A stretch of 62,995 nucleotides of DNA, counting the filler, from Octopus bimaculoides (taxonomy: Eukaryota), in assembly GCF_001194135.2 (NCBI RefSeq). It is 5 parts of 5 records of this genome, joined end to end, with 100 filler letters (N's around TTAATTAATTAA, not from the genome) between each part and the next. Parts side by side here need not be neighbours in the genome. Positions count along the whole stretch, not along the records: positions 28,107 to 54,041 come from NC_068989.1; positions 54,142 to 57,826 come from NC_068985.1; positions 57,927 to 61,320 come from NC_068990.1; positions 61,421 to 62,995 come from NW_026368101.1; 1 more part is not named here. The stretch is one strand, 5' to 3'. A model generated the notes under the pieces. The model saw nothing but the letters and a program-made list of their open reading frames with translations. It had not been told where the DNA came from and did no database searches. This document shows, one piece after another, positions 48,736 to 62,069 of this stretch; position 1 is the stretch's first letter; every line of letters starts with the position of its first letter. A program made the position numbers and the translations under genes.

Positions 48736-49032
48736 TTCTTATTTGAGTTTGTAATATACTTTCAGTCATAGCGTATCTAGATCAACATTATCGAACTTGT
48801 TCTTCTTTTATAGAGAGGGCAGTGTGTGGTTTGACGGCAATTTAGCTGATACGTTTAGCAGATTAAATTTATTCTTTCTTTGTGATATTCTCAGGTATTA
48901 TTTCGAGATTTTCTTCTCATAGTTGTTTATTTTGTTATCCTTTACATTTCTTCCTAAATATTTTCAATTTTTTCCTTAAAGTATCTTGTTTCTTTTTCAC
49001 AAACATTTTGCATTGCTTTTCAGAGTTGTCCC

Positions 49033-49078
<46 letters not shown>

Positions 49079-49369
49079 GCCTGTCTGTCTGTCTGTCTGT
49101 CTGTATGTATGTCTGTCTGTCTGTCTGTATGTATGTATTATTTAAAACAGTTTGATTCAGTTCATGCGACTTAAACTTTCGCAGGCCTGTAACAGAAGCT
49201 CGACTCTTTCGGGTTTTAGATTACCGAATTCATAATTACTGAATCTAAAGTCTGAAAAAGACGCATGGAACCAAATCAAACCGTTTAAAATACAACACGT
49301 AACTCCTACTAAATGTGTTGAGTGCCCTTTTCTTTCGTTTGTCCACTCATTCGTGTATATATATATAGC

Positions 49370-49990
49370 TATATAGAACATGAGCTTTCTAGACCACCAA
49401 ACACACACCATCAGCTTCTTTTGATGAGTTTTGCTTTTTGGACTGTTTTGGTGGCTCGCCTTTGTCTAACCATTGTGCTGAACGATTATGGCTGTTGTAT
49501 TGGATCCACTTATCATCACGTTACGATTCGATTAAAAAGTGATTAATTTTTGTGACGGGAAAGTAGCATAATGCAAGATTCCAACCGTTGCTGTTTCTGA
49601 TTTTCATTGAGTTCATGTGGAACCCACTTATCCAAATGTTTTACTTTACCGATTTGAATTAGAGGAGTCAGTATTGTTTGCTTGCTAACACCAAACAACA
49701 CCGATAATTTACGGGCACTTCGAGATGGATCTGACTCGATGGTGGCTTTCAGTTCGTCATTATCCACCTTTGTTTCTGGTCGACCGCGTTGCTCATTTGT
49801 GAGGTCAAAGTTACCAGAACGAAATTTTGCAAATCAGTTTGATACTGTCTGCTGTATAATAAAATTAGAATGAAATAATACTCCGAGCTGTCTGTGATGC
49901 TGTATTTCCAAGAAAGAACTCATATTTCAAAACTGTACGAATTTCCGACTTATCCATCTCTAAACAAAAATAGCCAAAAAACGATTTATA
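49370..49990 (-). mobile_element. Degenerate mariner transposase, N-terminal half
   Basis: DNDELKATIESDPSRSARKLSVLFGVSKQTI...GKVKHLDKWVPHELNENQKQQRLESCIMLLSRHKN (WVPHEL motif). Confidence 0.9.
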
Positions 49991-50278
49991 AATACTTTAT
50001 AAAGCACAAAATGAGTTAGAATAAAGAAATAGATGTGTCAGATTTCTAACAAAAAATAAAGATTGCCAAAATATAACAATGGCACAAAATGAGCAGCTGT
50101 CAAATTTTACCATATACCTTACTATAAACTTCATACCTGACGACCTAATATTTCATCGTAATATCTTTAAATAAATAAGAAAACAAAACACTATTATAAT
50201 CATACTACTATTAATAATTATTGGAAAAGAATGCATAAATAACCGAAATAAATAGCTTTAATATAATGGGGAAAACGT

Positions 50279-50322
<44 letters not shown>

Positions 50323-50332
50323 NNNNNNNNNN

Positions 50333-50367
<35 letters not shown>

Positions 50368-51563
50368 CACACACATACATTTCTGTTGCGTTAGCAATGT
50401 TTTGCTTTGAAGCTATACTGTACTATTGAATACATTTTTAGATTTTACCCAACGTTGTGTATAATTGACATACGTAATTATCTTAACTTTATATAGAACC
50501 AACAGAATATCCGATGTTCCCGAGGCTGAAAAGTAACTGTAATTAGCCCAGCTTCGTTCTTAATGGAGTAATTTTTTTGCGTAATAGAACACTATTGGAT
50601 TTCTCTTCAAAAGTTGGCTTTTATGTTAGAAATGAAATTGTTTGTTCTGCGTTTATACAGTCCAGTATCTAATGCACTGTGTAACAGACTTCTATTCAAT
50701 ATTAACAGGATATTTCTTAATATAGCTGTATAAATGATATATAGCTAATTCGGCATATTAAATAAGAATACAAATAAGAGTGAAAACTGTTTTATTTCAT
50801 TTGAAAATATTATTTAACGTAAAATCTTGTTTTTTTCTTTATCTTGAAATTCTTTTATTACTAAAATAATTTGAAAAATGAATAGAAACCGGAATGTTGG
50901 GAGGTAAAAAACATGGAAATAAATTCATTCTTGTAATACGAAGAAACTGGAATGCCTAAAGGAAGCTCGCTCTTCCAGTATTGAAATTACAATACATGCA
51001 GAACCAAGGACGTGATATTAACAATGCGAGAAGCCCTATCATGATATACAAGAGCTGTATTCATAATAGCCATGAAAGTTCTTAACATGCATACAAGCAT
51101 CTCAAGTTGCCAGTCTGTGTGTCCTCTGTACCAGTAGGCATTAAGAGAAATTATTGAGGCTTCCATATTTTTAGCATCTTTCATAAAATTAGCCGCGAGC
51201 TAAGCAGTATTCTTCAATATTCAGCCCTGAAACTGTACATTTCATTGATTTATTAACTGGAATAGGAAAGTTTATATACACCATTAACTGAAGTTGAGTA
51301 GAGAGAATTGAATGTTGCAGAACAATGAAAAAGTGTTTTGTTAAAATGAAAAGCTTCCCACTAAATTAATTAAACTAAACATTATTAATATGTTTAGAAA
51401 AACATAGCAGAACGAGGACGTTAAACTCATAATGAATGTGTATGATTCACAATACACCTGTGCTTGATTGTTACTGAGAATCGGTATGTGTATGTGTATG
51501 ACTGAATGTAGCCATGTATATGAGGGTTTGTGTGTGAGTGTGGATAGTGGGCATGATAGTACT

Positions 51564-51603
<40 letters not shown>

Positions 51604-51965
51604 TCGAGAGAAGGAAAAGTGCGAAATGGGTGCTGGAAGAAGAAGAACGTGTCTCTATACATTGTACTTGATTAAAACATCAAGCACGTGGAAAAGGAAA
51701 ACTATTAATTTTACGCTTGAAATTTCAAGAAAATGGCGACAATTAATGAAGCCGTTATTACTTCAGATTACAATAAACGAAACAACTTTTGTATATCACA
51801 TTGTGTGTGTGTATGTGTCGGTGTGTGTAATATGTATNNNNNNNNNNNNNNNNNNNNNNNNNNNNNNNNNNNNNNNNNNNNNNNNNNNNNNNNNNNNNNN
51901 NNNNNNNNNNNNNNNNNNNNNNNNNNNNNNNNNNNNNNNNNNNNNNNNNNNNNNNNNNNNNNNNN

Positions 51966-51997
<32 letters not shown>

Positions 51998-52133
51998 ATA
52001 CATACATACACATACACATACACATATATGCACATATATATATATATTTGTGTATATGAATATATATATTTGTATATATATGTATATACCTCTGTATATG
52101 TATATATTATGTGTATATGCGTATGTATCTACG

Positions 52134-52179
<46 letters not shown>

Positions 52180-52189
52180 NNNNNNNNNN

Positions 52190-52222
<33 letters not shown>

Positions 52223-52657
52223 GTATATACATGCATACACACACGTTTATATACATACATATGTGTGTGCGGGGTGTGTGTGTATATATATGTCTGTATG
52301 TATGTATGTATGCATATAGGTAGGCACGTAGGTAGGTAGGTAGGTAGGTACGGAGGGGAGAAGGGAAGTAGATAGATAGGTAGATAAGTAAATGGTAAGA
52401 ATAAGGATTCAAAGACGGAAATAGAGCTCTCATATAAGCTCTCCACCAAGTGCTTAAGGTTAGAATAAATCTTAGCCTCGTTCTGAAAATTCCATTAATT
52501 GCAATGGCGGAGAGTAAGTATAGAAATTGAACAAATGAAAGAAGTGAGAGAATAGATGTTTGTTCATTGGTTTACAGCTGTTTCATAATCATGTTAGTTA
52601 TATAATAGATATTGCAGCAATATTCACACGGATATAAATTATAATATAAACATATTT

Positions 52658-52720
<63 letters not shown>

Positions 52721-53355
52721 AATGTTTGATACTTAACAAACAGACCAATCTTCAGATAGCTCCATGGCAGATCAAGACATCATCTCTACTACAGATGGTA
52801 AGCAATCTCAATATNNNNNNNNNNNNNNNNNNNNNNNNNNNNNNNNNNNNNNNNNNNNNNNNNNNNNNNNNNNNNNNNNNNNNNNNNNNNNNNNNNNNNN
52901 NNNNNNNNNNNNNNNNNNNNNNNNNNNNNNNNNNNNNNNNNNNNNNNNNNNNNNNNNNNNNNNNNNNNNNNNNNNNNNNNNNNNNNNNNNNNNNNNNNNN
53001 NNNNNNNNNNNNNNNNNNNNNNNNNNNNNNNNNNNNNNNNNNNNNNNNNNNNNNNNNNNNNNNNNNNNNNNNNNNNNNNNNNNNNNNNNNNNNNNNNNNN
53101 NNNNNNNNNNNNNNNNNNNNNNNNNNNNNNNNNNNNNNNNNNNNNNNNNNNNNNNNNNNNNNNNNNNNNNNNNNNNNNNNNNNNNNNNNNNNNNNNNNNN
53201 NNNNNNNNNNNNNNNNNNNNNNNNNNNNNNNNNNNNNNNNNNNNNNNNNNNNNNNNNNNNNNNNNNNNNNNNNNNNNNNNNNNNNNNNNNNNNNNNNNNN
53301 NNNNNNNNNNNNNNNNNNNNNNNNNNNNNNNNNNNNNNNNNNNNNNNNNNNNNNN

Positions 53356-53652
53356 TATAGCCTCGAGCCGACCAAAGCCTTGTGAGTGGATTTGGTAGAC
53401 GGAAACGGAAAGAAGCCGGTCGTATATATGTATGTGTGTCTGTGTGTCTGTGTTTGTCCCCCCACCGTCGCTTGACAACCGATGCTGGTGTGTTTACGTC
53501 CCCGTAACTTAGCGGTTCGGCAAAAAGAGACCGATAGATTAAGTACTATGCTTACAAAGAATAAGTCCTGGGGTCGAATTTCTCGACTAAAAGGCGGTGC
53601 TTCAGCATGGCCGCAGTCAAATGACTGAAACAAGTAAAAGAGTAAAAGAGAG
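53356..53652 (+). mobile_element. SINE family A, head lost in a gap
   Basis: Body and tail ctgaaacaagtaaaagagtaaaagag are intact. Confidence 0.9.
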
Positions 53653-55190
53653 TATACGTTTACTGACATAGATTTGTTTTCCAAAAGAAATTAGTCTGAC
53701 CATTCCGTAGTATTTAAATGGATAAAACATGTGGTTAAGAAAAGAAAATAAGATAAATAAAATCAAATAATCTGAATGGAAAGTATGGAAAAGACAAAAA
53801 GAAAGAGGAAATATGGTTTATAAATCAAACGGTAGGGCTTAAGCTTTTGGAATTTCACACACTGCTGATTTTGAAGGACAAAAGTATTACTGTAAGACCA
53901 TTGGCCAGCATGCCTATACACAACCGCACGCGCATTATATGAATATTCGCAAATACATTCTCAACATACACACATACACATTTATTTATGTAGACACACA
54001 CACACACATATATATGACAATATATACATATGTGCATATATNNNNNNNNNNNNNNNNNNNNNNNNNNNNNNNNNNNNNNNNNNNNTTAATTAATTAANNN
54101 NNNNNNNNNNNNNNNNNNNNNNNNNNNNNNNNNNNNNNNNNGTATCAGTGGAAACATCAAAGGCACAAATATGTTCAATTTGTTTGTTAAATATTTTACA
54201 AGGAATGGATATTTTATAAGACAATTGAATCTTATAATTGCTATAGCAGTTCATTTTTCTCAGTTAATTATAATTTCTCTTTATAATGTTAATTTCGGTA
54301 ATTAGAGTGCTATCTCTGATTTTGCAAAGCAATCGGGTATATTAGTATAATCCTGTTTCGACTATTTTCTAATATGAATAAGTTCTGTTTCAACTGTTTT
54401 CTAATATGACTGACTTCAGAGATAGTGTTTATATAAATAGTAAAATTTTTTTATACGAGAATCTTTTTTTTTTTTTAACTTCAAATATGAAAGAAAACTG
54501 AACATAAATCCAATACATTTGAAACAATCTACGCAATCTACATACTAAATATTGCAACTCCAGGCAATCTAAAAGTTTCGAGTAATTATTCTTGAACAAG
54601 CTATGGATAGCATCTTGCATTTAATCAATGTATGTTTTATATTTCACCATTACACACTTCCTTAGCTTTCTCTATTTGTATATTTTCGTATTAAGTTTTT
54701 CGCGGGGAGGGGGGATTGTTTTCACTTTTTTTCTTCTTCTCAGCTTCTGCGAATCAAAAGTTGCAAAATTTTAGTTCACCTTTGTTGCAGTAATTCCTGC
54801 GACAGTCTGGCGATCCCAAGAGTTTTATTTCAATGAAATACACTTTTCCTTTGAACAGATTAATTAATTAGCGTTGATGAAAGCTAAACAAGCGACAATA
54901 ACTTTGCTTCACTCGATTTCTCTTTAATACTTTTCTTCGTAACTTGATCTTAATGATTACCAGATTTCCCATAGTAATAAAGGTTTTTAATTGAACACAT
55001 ATTATTGCAATCACATGTTACAACTACTAAAAACATGCAGAAGTAACATGCAGTACTATCCGACCAATAGACATCACGCTACGTAAACCTTAAGCACCAA
55101 GTTCGAAATTCAATAAATTTTGGTATACGTATGTCACCTTCATAATTTATCTGTCAAACGCAGCTGTTAATTCGCTTTTCCTAAAAGTTC

Positions 55191-55249
<59 letters not shown>

Positions 55250-55675
55250 NNNNNNNNNNNNNNNNNNNNNNNNNNNNNNNNNNNNNNNNNNNNNNNNNNN
55301 NNNNNNNNNNNNNNNNNNNNNNNNNNNNNNNNNNNNNNNNNNNNNNNNNNNNNNNNNNNNNNNNNNNNNNNNNNNNNNNNNNNNNNNNNNNNNNNNNNNN
55401 NNNNNNNNNNNNNNNNNNNNNNNNNNNNNNNNNNNNNNNNNNNNNNNNNNNNNNNNNNNNNNNNNNNNNNNNNNNNNNNNNNNNNNNNNNNNNNNNNNNN
55501 NNNNNNNNNNNNNNNNNNNNNNNNNNNNNNNNNNNNNNNNNNNNNNNNNNNNNNNNNNNNNNNNNNNNNNNNNNNNNNNNNNNNNNNNNNNNNNNNNNNN
55601 NNNNNNNNNNNNNNNNNNNNNNNNNNNNNNNNNNNNNNNNNNNNNNNNNNNNTGTGTGTGTGTGTGTGTATGTGA

Positions 55676-55975
55676 AGGCGCATAGCTTAGTGGTTAGAGC
55701 GTCGGGCTCACAATCACGAGGTAGTGAGTTCGATTCCTGGATCAAGCTGTGTGTTGTATTCTTGAGCAGTACACTTTATTTCATGTTGCTCCAGTTCACT
55801 CATCTGTAGAAATGAGCTGCGACGTCACTGGTGCCAAACTGTATTGGCCATTGCTTTTCCCTTGGATAACATCAGTGGTGTAAAGAGGGAAGGCTGGTAT
55901 GCAAGGGCCACTGCTGGTCTTCTATAAACAACCTTGTCCAGAATTATGCCTCGGAAGGGAACTTTCTAGGTGCAA
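55676..55975 (+). mobile_element. tRNA-derived SINE with a CORE-like central domain
   Basis: A-box tagcttagtggttag, B-box gagttcgattcc; cttgagcagtacactt...ccagttcactcatctgtagaaatg aligns by eye with the MIR core cttgggcaagtcactt...ctcagtttcctcatctgtaaaatg. Confidence 0.7.
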
Positions 55976-56774
55976 TATAAAGGTCACTCATGATCGAAGG
56001 GGGTCTGTACCCTCAATGTATGTATATGCATACATAGATACATACAAACCCATACCTCTACAAACTGTAACACCAATGCATTCACACATGCGTCACCTCG
56101 CCTCTCGACCACTAAATCTAACTATAACTAACTTGTTCGTTTCACTCCTTCACACGCACGCACACACATATACACACGCGTCACACACACACATATCACT
56201 CACACGCCACAAACACACACACATACAAGGAATACTATATACACACACATTGGTCATTTTCGCACTCACCTGCCTTCAAAAACCATTTACTCTATCTCTC
56301 CACCTCCGGTCGGCTATTTTTCAGTCATGTAACGACACACATGCTTTTCGCAAACTAGCCTTCTTTCTAGACCTTTTCCTTTCTTAAGAAGACCCATACC
56401 TGATACGTTACCACTTCTGATTTTTACTATCTTAAACTTTCTCTGAGTGTCAATCTAATATATTTACTGCGTACGTCCTTTTGACATCAGTTGCTTTTCC
56501 TGCTTTTGTTTTAAATACTGATTTTCCTGTGTGAAAATGGGTAGCCTTGTGGTTAGGTTCTTTGGCTCATGATTATATGGCCATGGGTTCAATTCCTGAA
56601 ACTTGCTGCGGGTTGTGTCCTTGAGCAAAACACTTCTCGTTATTCTAGTCTCTTCAGTGATACCATCTGGATACTAATACAGCCATCGCTTTCTGTTTTT
56701 TATCACAACGTTGATGTTCAGCACATCAATGTCGTAAAGAGATATGTGTCTTACTGCTAGAAATTACATGTTGT

Positions 56775-57148
56775 TGGTACTCCGTCGCTTACAACGTCGA
56801 GGGTTCCAGTTGATCCGATCAACGGAACAGCCTGCTCGTGAAATTAACGTGCAAGTGGCTGAGCACTCCACAGACACGTGTACCCTTAACGTAGTTCTCG
56901 GGGATATTCAGCGTGACACAGTGTGACAAGGCTGACCCTTTGAATTACAGGCACAACAGAAACAGGAAGTGTGAGACAAGGTTGTGGTGGAAGAGTACAG
57001 CAGGGTTCGCCACCATCCCCTGCCGGAGCCACGTGGTGCTTTAGGTGTTTTCGCTCAATAAACACTCCCAACGCCCGGTCTGGGAATCGAAACCGCGATC
57101 CTATGACCGCGAGTCCGCTGCCCTAACCACTGGGCCATTGCGCCTCCA
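56775..57148 (-). mobile_element. SINE family C, full length
   Basis: Head ggcgcaatggcccagtggttagggcagcggactcgcggtc...ggtttcgattccc; body shared with 59706-60054. Confidence 0.9.
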
Positions 57149-57771
57149 GAAACTACATAAGCATCTGAATATAATTAAAAGAAAGCATTTTACTTATTAT
57201 TAAGCTTTACACACTCCAGAGTGGTGAATGGCTCATTCGTTTCGAAATACATGTTTCACACAGTCACTGTAGAGATTACATTTTCTCGCTAACAATGATC
57301 ATTCAAGCGATGAAAAACAATTCATGCAGGAATTCCATTGCTGATTTTCTGTTTAAAGGTACAGCATAAATCTAGTTGTTGATTTTCATTGATGAGCTTT
57401 CATGAGATTAGGTAACACCAGACTATATACAACGTAAAACTGACTGGGTTCTAGGGTTCTAATGAATCTCTGTGGGAATGTATAGATAGAGCGTTCATAT
57501 TATTCGGTAGTTAGGTGATTATTGAGGAGCTATAACAATAACAGCTATTATTACTATGTAATATTGCTGGGCATTTTCAGTAACTGCACTGCGTCAGTGG
57601 ACATTGTTAGCTTGTCGGCAAGCGTTCGTGCTTGTGCATCCGTATAATATTTCTGGGCTTTTATGAATGTCTCGGTGAGGCACGCATTGCATTTTACTGA
57701 ATTATTGCAATTTGTTGTGAAGATACTTCGTCGCTCCTGTTTATGTATACACGCACACACATGCCTGTATC

Positions 57772-57826
<55 letters not shown>

Positions 57827-58804
57827 NNNNNNNNNNNNNNNNNNNNNNNNNNNNNNNNNNNNNNNNNNNNTTAATTAATTAANNNNNNNNNNNNNNNNNN
57901 NNNNNNNNNNNNNNNNNNNNNNNNNNGAGGCAGCTGATGAAGGAATATTCCAAGTGGCTTTCCGTTTTCCTATGTGTTCGTTCCGTTGTCTGTAGTTCAT
58001 TGTTCTAACGTCTTGTACCCTGATATGCATATATATACACATGTAGATGTAAGTATGTACATATATGTGTGTATACATGTATATATATTCTTTGTATTAT
58101 TATATATATATATATGTATGTATCAAAATAAGCAACAAGGATATCCAGAGGTAATGCAGTACGATCGTTTCACGCAACTCCATTTAATTGAACAATGCAA
58201 CCATTACATCAATTTAAATGCAGAGCAATCCTCAGTTGCGCAAAGACATAGGATTTAATCAAATTAAGACAGATGGACACATTTGTATAATTTTACCTAA
58301 AATCTCCAAGAAGTTAAGGAGATAGGCAAAGAACATGCTGCCTTCACTTCCACTTAGACGCTACTATAGTATCAGGAAGAAAGACTTGTTACAGATTTTG
58401 CTTGTCACTGTTTTATGGGGGTCAGTTTTAATTTATAGACTAGTTTTATCAAATCCTTGTATATCTAAGGCTGAGAGAACACGTGCATTGTATGTTAGGG
58501 GTAGGGCTTAAATACTAACTTATCAGATGGTATCAGTGAATATTGATCAATTGCTATACACTGGCATTTAATAATGGAGTACGGAGGTAAAAGAACGTGC
58601 TAACTATATATATTAATTTAATTATAATCTAAGCAGTTTATTTTAAGTAGTGAATATACCAGTATTGTTATATATATAAGCTAAGTATGAATGTATAGCG
58701 ATACAAAAATTAGATTATTTTATAAATAAATAAATAAATAAAAGTTATTATAAAATAATAAAGAAATAAAATAATCAGGTAGGGCAGAACAAGTACCAAA
58801 CCTG

Positions 58805-59101
58805 ATACTAATTCTATCTTTTATTGAACCGCTAAGTCACGACGTGAACATACCCACAACGGTTGTGAAGCAGTAGTGGGTGACAAACAGATATAAACCC
58901 CCTCTCTCTCTCTCACACACACACACTCACATGCACACACATATACGACTAACTTCTTTCAGTTTGTCTATCAAATTCAGTCACAAGGGTTTGGTCGGCC
59001 CGAGGCTATAGCGGAAGACACTCAAGGTGGCACGCAGTGGGACTGAACACGGACCATGTGATTGGGAAGCAAGCGCGTTACCACACAGCTACGCCTGCGC
59101 C
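58805..59101 (-). mobile_element. Diverged SINE family A
   Basis: gaaccgctaag...ggtcggcccgaggctatag...ttaccacacagctacgcctgcgcct. Confidence 0.75.
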
Positions 59102-59309
59102 TCTCTCTTTATGTGTGTGTGTGTGAGTGTGTGTATCTATTCTTCTGTGTTTGTTTCTGATCGCTTGATAACTTTGGGGGTCTGTTTAAGTCCTCGTAGT
59201 GTACTGGTTCGGCAAAAAGGTACTCATATATATATACAGATACATACTCACAAATAGAAAAAGAGAGAAATAAAAGTGCTAAAGTTTTTCAGCATGACAG
59301 GATGTATTA

Positions 59310-59606
59310 CTTCCAATCGATCCAATCAACGGAACAACCTGCCCGTGAAATTAACGTGCAAGTGGCTGAGCATTCCACATACACATGTACGCTTCACGTA
59401 GTTCTCAGGGAGATTCTGTGTAACACAGAGTGTGACGAGACTGGCCCCTTGAATTACAGGTGCTACTCATTTTTGCTAGCTGAGTGGACTGGACACTAAC
59501 TTGAAACGAAGTACCATACTCAAGGACACAACGAGTCTTCGGGAATCAAACTCACGACTTTACACTTTTGAGCCGAATGTCCCTAACCTCTAAGCCACGC
59601 GCCCTT
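59310..59606 (-). mobile_element. SINE family C variant with a CORE-like block
   Basis: Family C tail plus agctgagtggactgg (reverse CORE-like) and a decayed tRNA head. Confidence 0.7.
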
Positions 59607-59705
59607 ACATATATTAGTACCTGTTTGCCATAAAGATCATGCGCACGCGCGTGTGTGAATGTGTGTGTGCACATGTCAATATTTGAAAATATACTTTGAT
59701 CAGCA

Positions 59706-60054
59706 GAGGCGCAATGGCCCAGTGGTTAGGGCAGTGGACTCGCGGTCACAGGATCGCGGTTTCGATTCCCAGACCGGGCGTTGTGAGTGTTTATTGAGCA
59801 AAAACACCTAAAGCTCCACGAGGCTCCGACAGGGGGTGGTGGCAAACACTGCTGTATTCTTTCATCACAACTTTCTCTCACTCTTACTTCCTGTTTCTGT
59901 TATGCCTGTAATTCAAAGGGTCAGCCTTGTCACACTGTGTCACGCTGAATATCCCCGAGAACTACATTAAGGGTACACGTGTCTGTGGAGTGCTCTACCA
60001 CTTGCACGTTAATTTCACGAGCAGGCTGTTCCGTTGATCAGATCAACTGGAACC
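59706..60054 (+). mobile_element. SINE family C, full length
   Basis: Reverse complement of about 56802-57147; followed by (AAC)n. Confidence 0.9.
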
Positions 60055-60238
60055 AACAACAACAACAACAACAACAACTTTGATCAGCTCGTAACAACTG
60101 TAACGACGACAGCAACTGCTCCAACATTAGCAAATAATCAAACAAAAATTGCAACAGAAACATTACTCTCTCTCTGTACTTACGAGACAGAGTTTCTCTT
60201 GCTAGAAATAGTATGTACATCTTCTTTGAGATACTTAC

Positions 60239-60321
60239 TCTCGTAAATATAAATGTCAAAATATTAGAACAGAACAAACACAAGAAGACCAGGAGTAACG
60301 AGAGCACTTCATTGACAAAGT
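60239..60321 (-). CDS. Candidate exon FVNEVLSLLLVFLCLFCSNILTFIFTR
   Basis: Consensus donor AGA|GTAAGT, weak acceptor (gag), phase 1 to 0, hydrophobic helix. Confidence 0.3.
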
Positions 60322-61255
60322 CTCAAGTGATGACGAAAGAGTTCTGTCTAACCGACTGATTAAACGATTAGTCAAGCAATCGATTAGTAAATTGACTAAA
60401 TAGTTAACTAATAACAATAGTAAAAAGGAAATGAAATAGAACCAATGTGTGTGCTTTTATTGGTAAAATTATTCTCTCAAGATACATCACTTTCAACAGA
60501 CAATTTCACATTAAAAATCTTGCATAACGAACACAAAAAACAGTAACAAAAGGATAAGAATAAAAATCAATGATAAAAAGAAAAGAAAAAAGGCTGGATT
60601 GTCATGGTCTCTGGTCATGAGTACACTTGATGATGGCTAATGTGTGTGTGTGTGGGGGGGGCTAAACAACAACAGAAACGATGACGACAACAACAACAAC
60701 AGCAGCAGAAACAAAAGTAACAAGATCAATAACATTAACAACAGCGGAACCGATAACAATAACACAACGTCAACTATGAACATAGCAACAACAACAACAA
60801 GAATAGTGCTAAAAACAAAAAAGCAACAACAATTTATAGAGCTACAACGAAAGCAAAAATGTCTAGTGTAAAAATTACAGAAACCATATCAACTACATCA
60901 GCAACATAGCTGACATAGGAACAAATGAAAATAAGTTGATTGCAAATATATATTAAAAAGAAAAAAAATGGCTGAAGAAAATTACGTTGATGTTAATAAG
61001 TACTTGCTGGTTGTGATGATGATGGCTGTGATGAGAGCGATGAAGGAGCATGTGGAAGATGGGTTTATCAAATATGATGATGACGAGGATAATTACGATG
61101 CGTATAATGATAAAAATTGTGATACCACTGACGAAGAACTATATATTCTTACACGGAGAAGGGGTTAAATTTAGTGAAAACAGTAATAAAATACAGCTAG
61201 TATATGTTTTAAAAAATATATAAGTGATATACGTAACATATACTTTATATAACTG

Positions 61256-61320
<65 letters not shown>

Positions 61321-61504
61321 NNNNNNNNNNNNNNNNNNNNNNNNNNNNNNNNNNNNNNNNNNNNTTAATTAATTAANNNNNNNNNNNNNNNNNNNNNNNN
61401 NNNNNNNNNNNNNNNNNNNNAGGAGGAAGAGAAAGAGGAGGAAGAGAAAGAGGAGGAAGAGAAAGAGGAGAAGGTGCAGCAGCAGCAGTAGCAGCCAGGC
61501 TAAC

Positions 61505-61800
61505 CTCAGGCAATGATGAGTGGTTAGGAAGTTGATTCCCAACCACATGGTCTTGGGTTCAGTCTCACTGCATGGCACCTTAAGCAAGTGTCCTCAACTA
61601 TAGCCCTGGGTCAACCAAGTTTTCTTAGTGGATTTGGTAGACAGAAACTGATAGAAGCTCATCATATGTGTATATGTGTGTATGTATGTATGTATGTATG
61701 TGTGAGTATGTGTATTTTGTGTCTCCTTGTCTTGAGCTCAAATGGAAATTGTAAATGTGCGTCACTGTCATTACAAGCTAAGACGTTCCTTTCTAGTCTT
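61505..61800 (+). mobile_element. Diverged SINE family A
   Basis: ccaaccacatggtcttgggttcagtctcactgc...ggatttggtagacagaaactga. Confidence 0.7.
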
Positions 61801-61842
61801 CCGTGAAAATCCTATCTCGCCCAGCAGAAACATTGGTCTCAA

Positions 61843-62066
61843 ATTTTGGCACAAGGCCAGCAATTTGGTGGGGAGGTGTGTAAGTCGATTACATTGATCC
61901 CAGTAATCAACTGGTACTTATTTCCTCGACCGTGAAAGAATGAAAGGCAAAGTTGAGCTCGGTGGAATCTGAACTCAGAACATAAAGACAGACGACATTC
62001 TGCCGAGCATTTTGTCCAGCATGCTAACGATTCTGCCAGTTCACTGCTTAAGTACAGGAGAAATAT
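61843..62066 (-). mobile_element. SINE family B
   Basis: ggcacaaggccagcaatttgg...gaaagaatgaaaggcaaagttg...taacgattctgccag. Confidence 0.8.
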
Positions 62067-62069
62067 TAC

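Noticed and set aside
57075-57148. tRNA-like sequence (also 59706-59780, 55676-55750, 16-90)
   Set aside because: A and B boxes are present but there is no closing acceptor stem, and each continues into a repeated SINE body.
60034-61168. N-, T- and D-rich ORFs
   Set aside because: Derived from (AAC)n and (GAT)n simple repeats; no splice or domain support.
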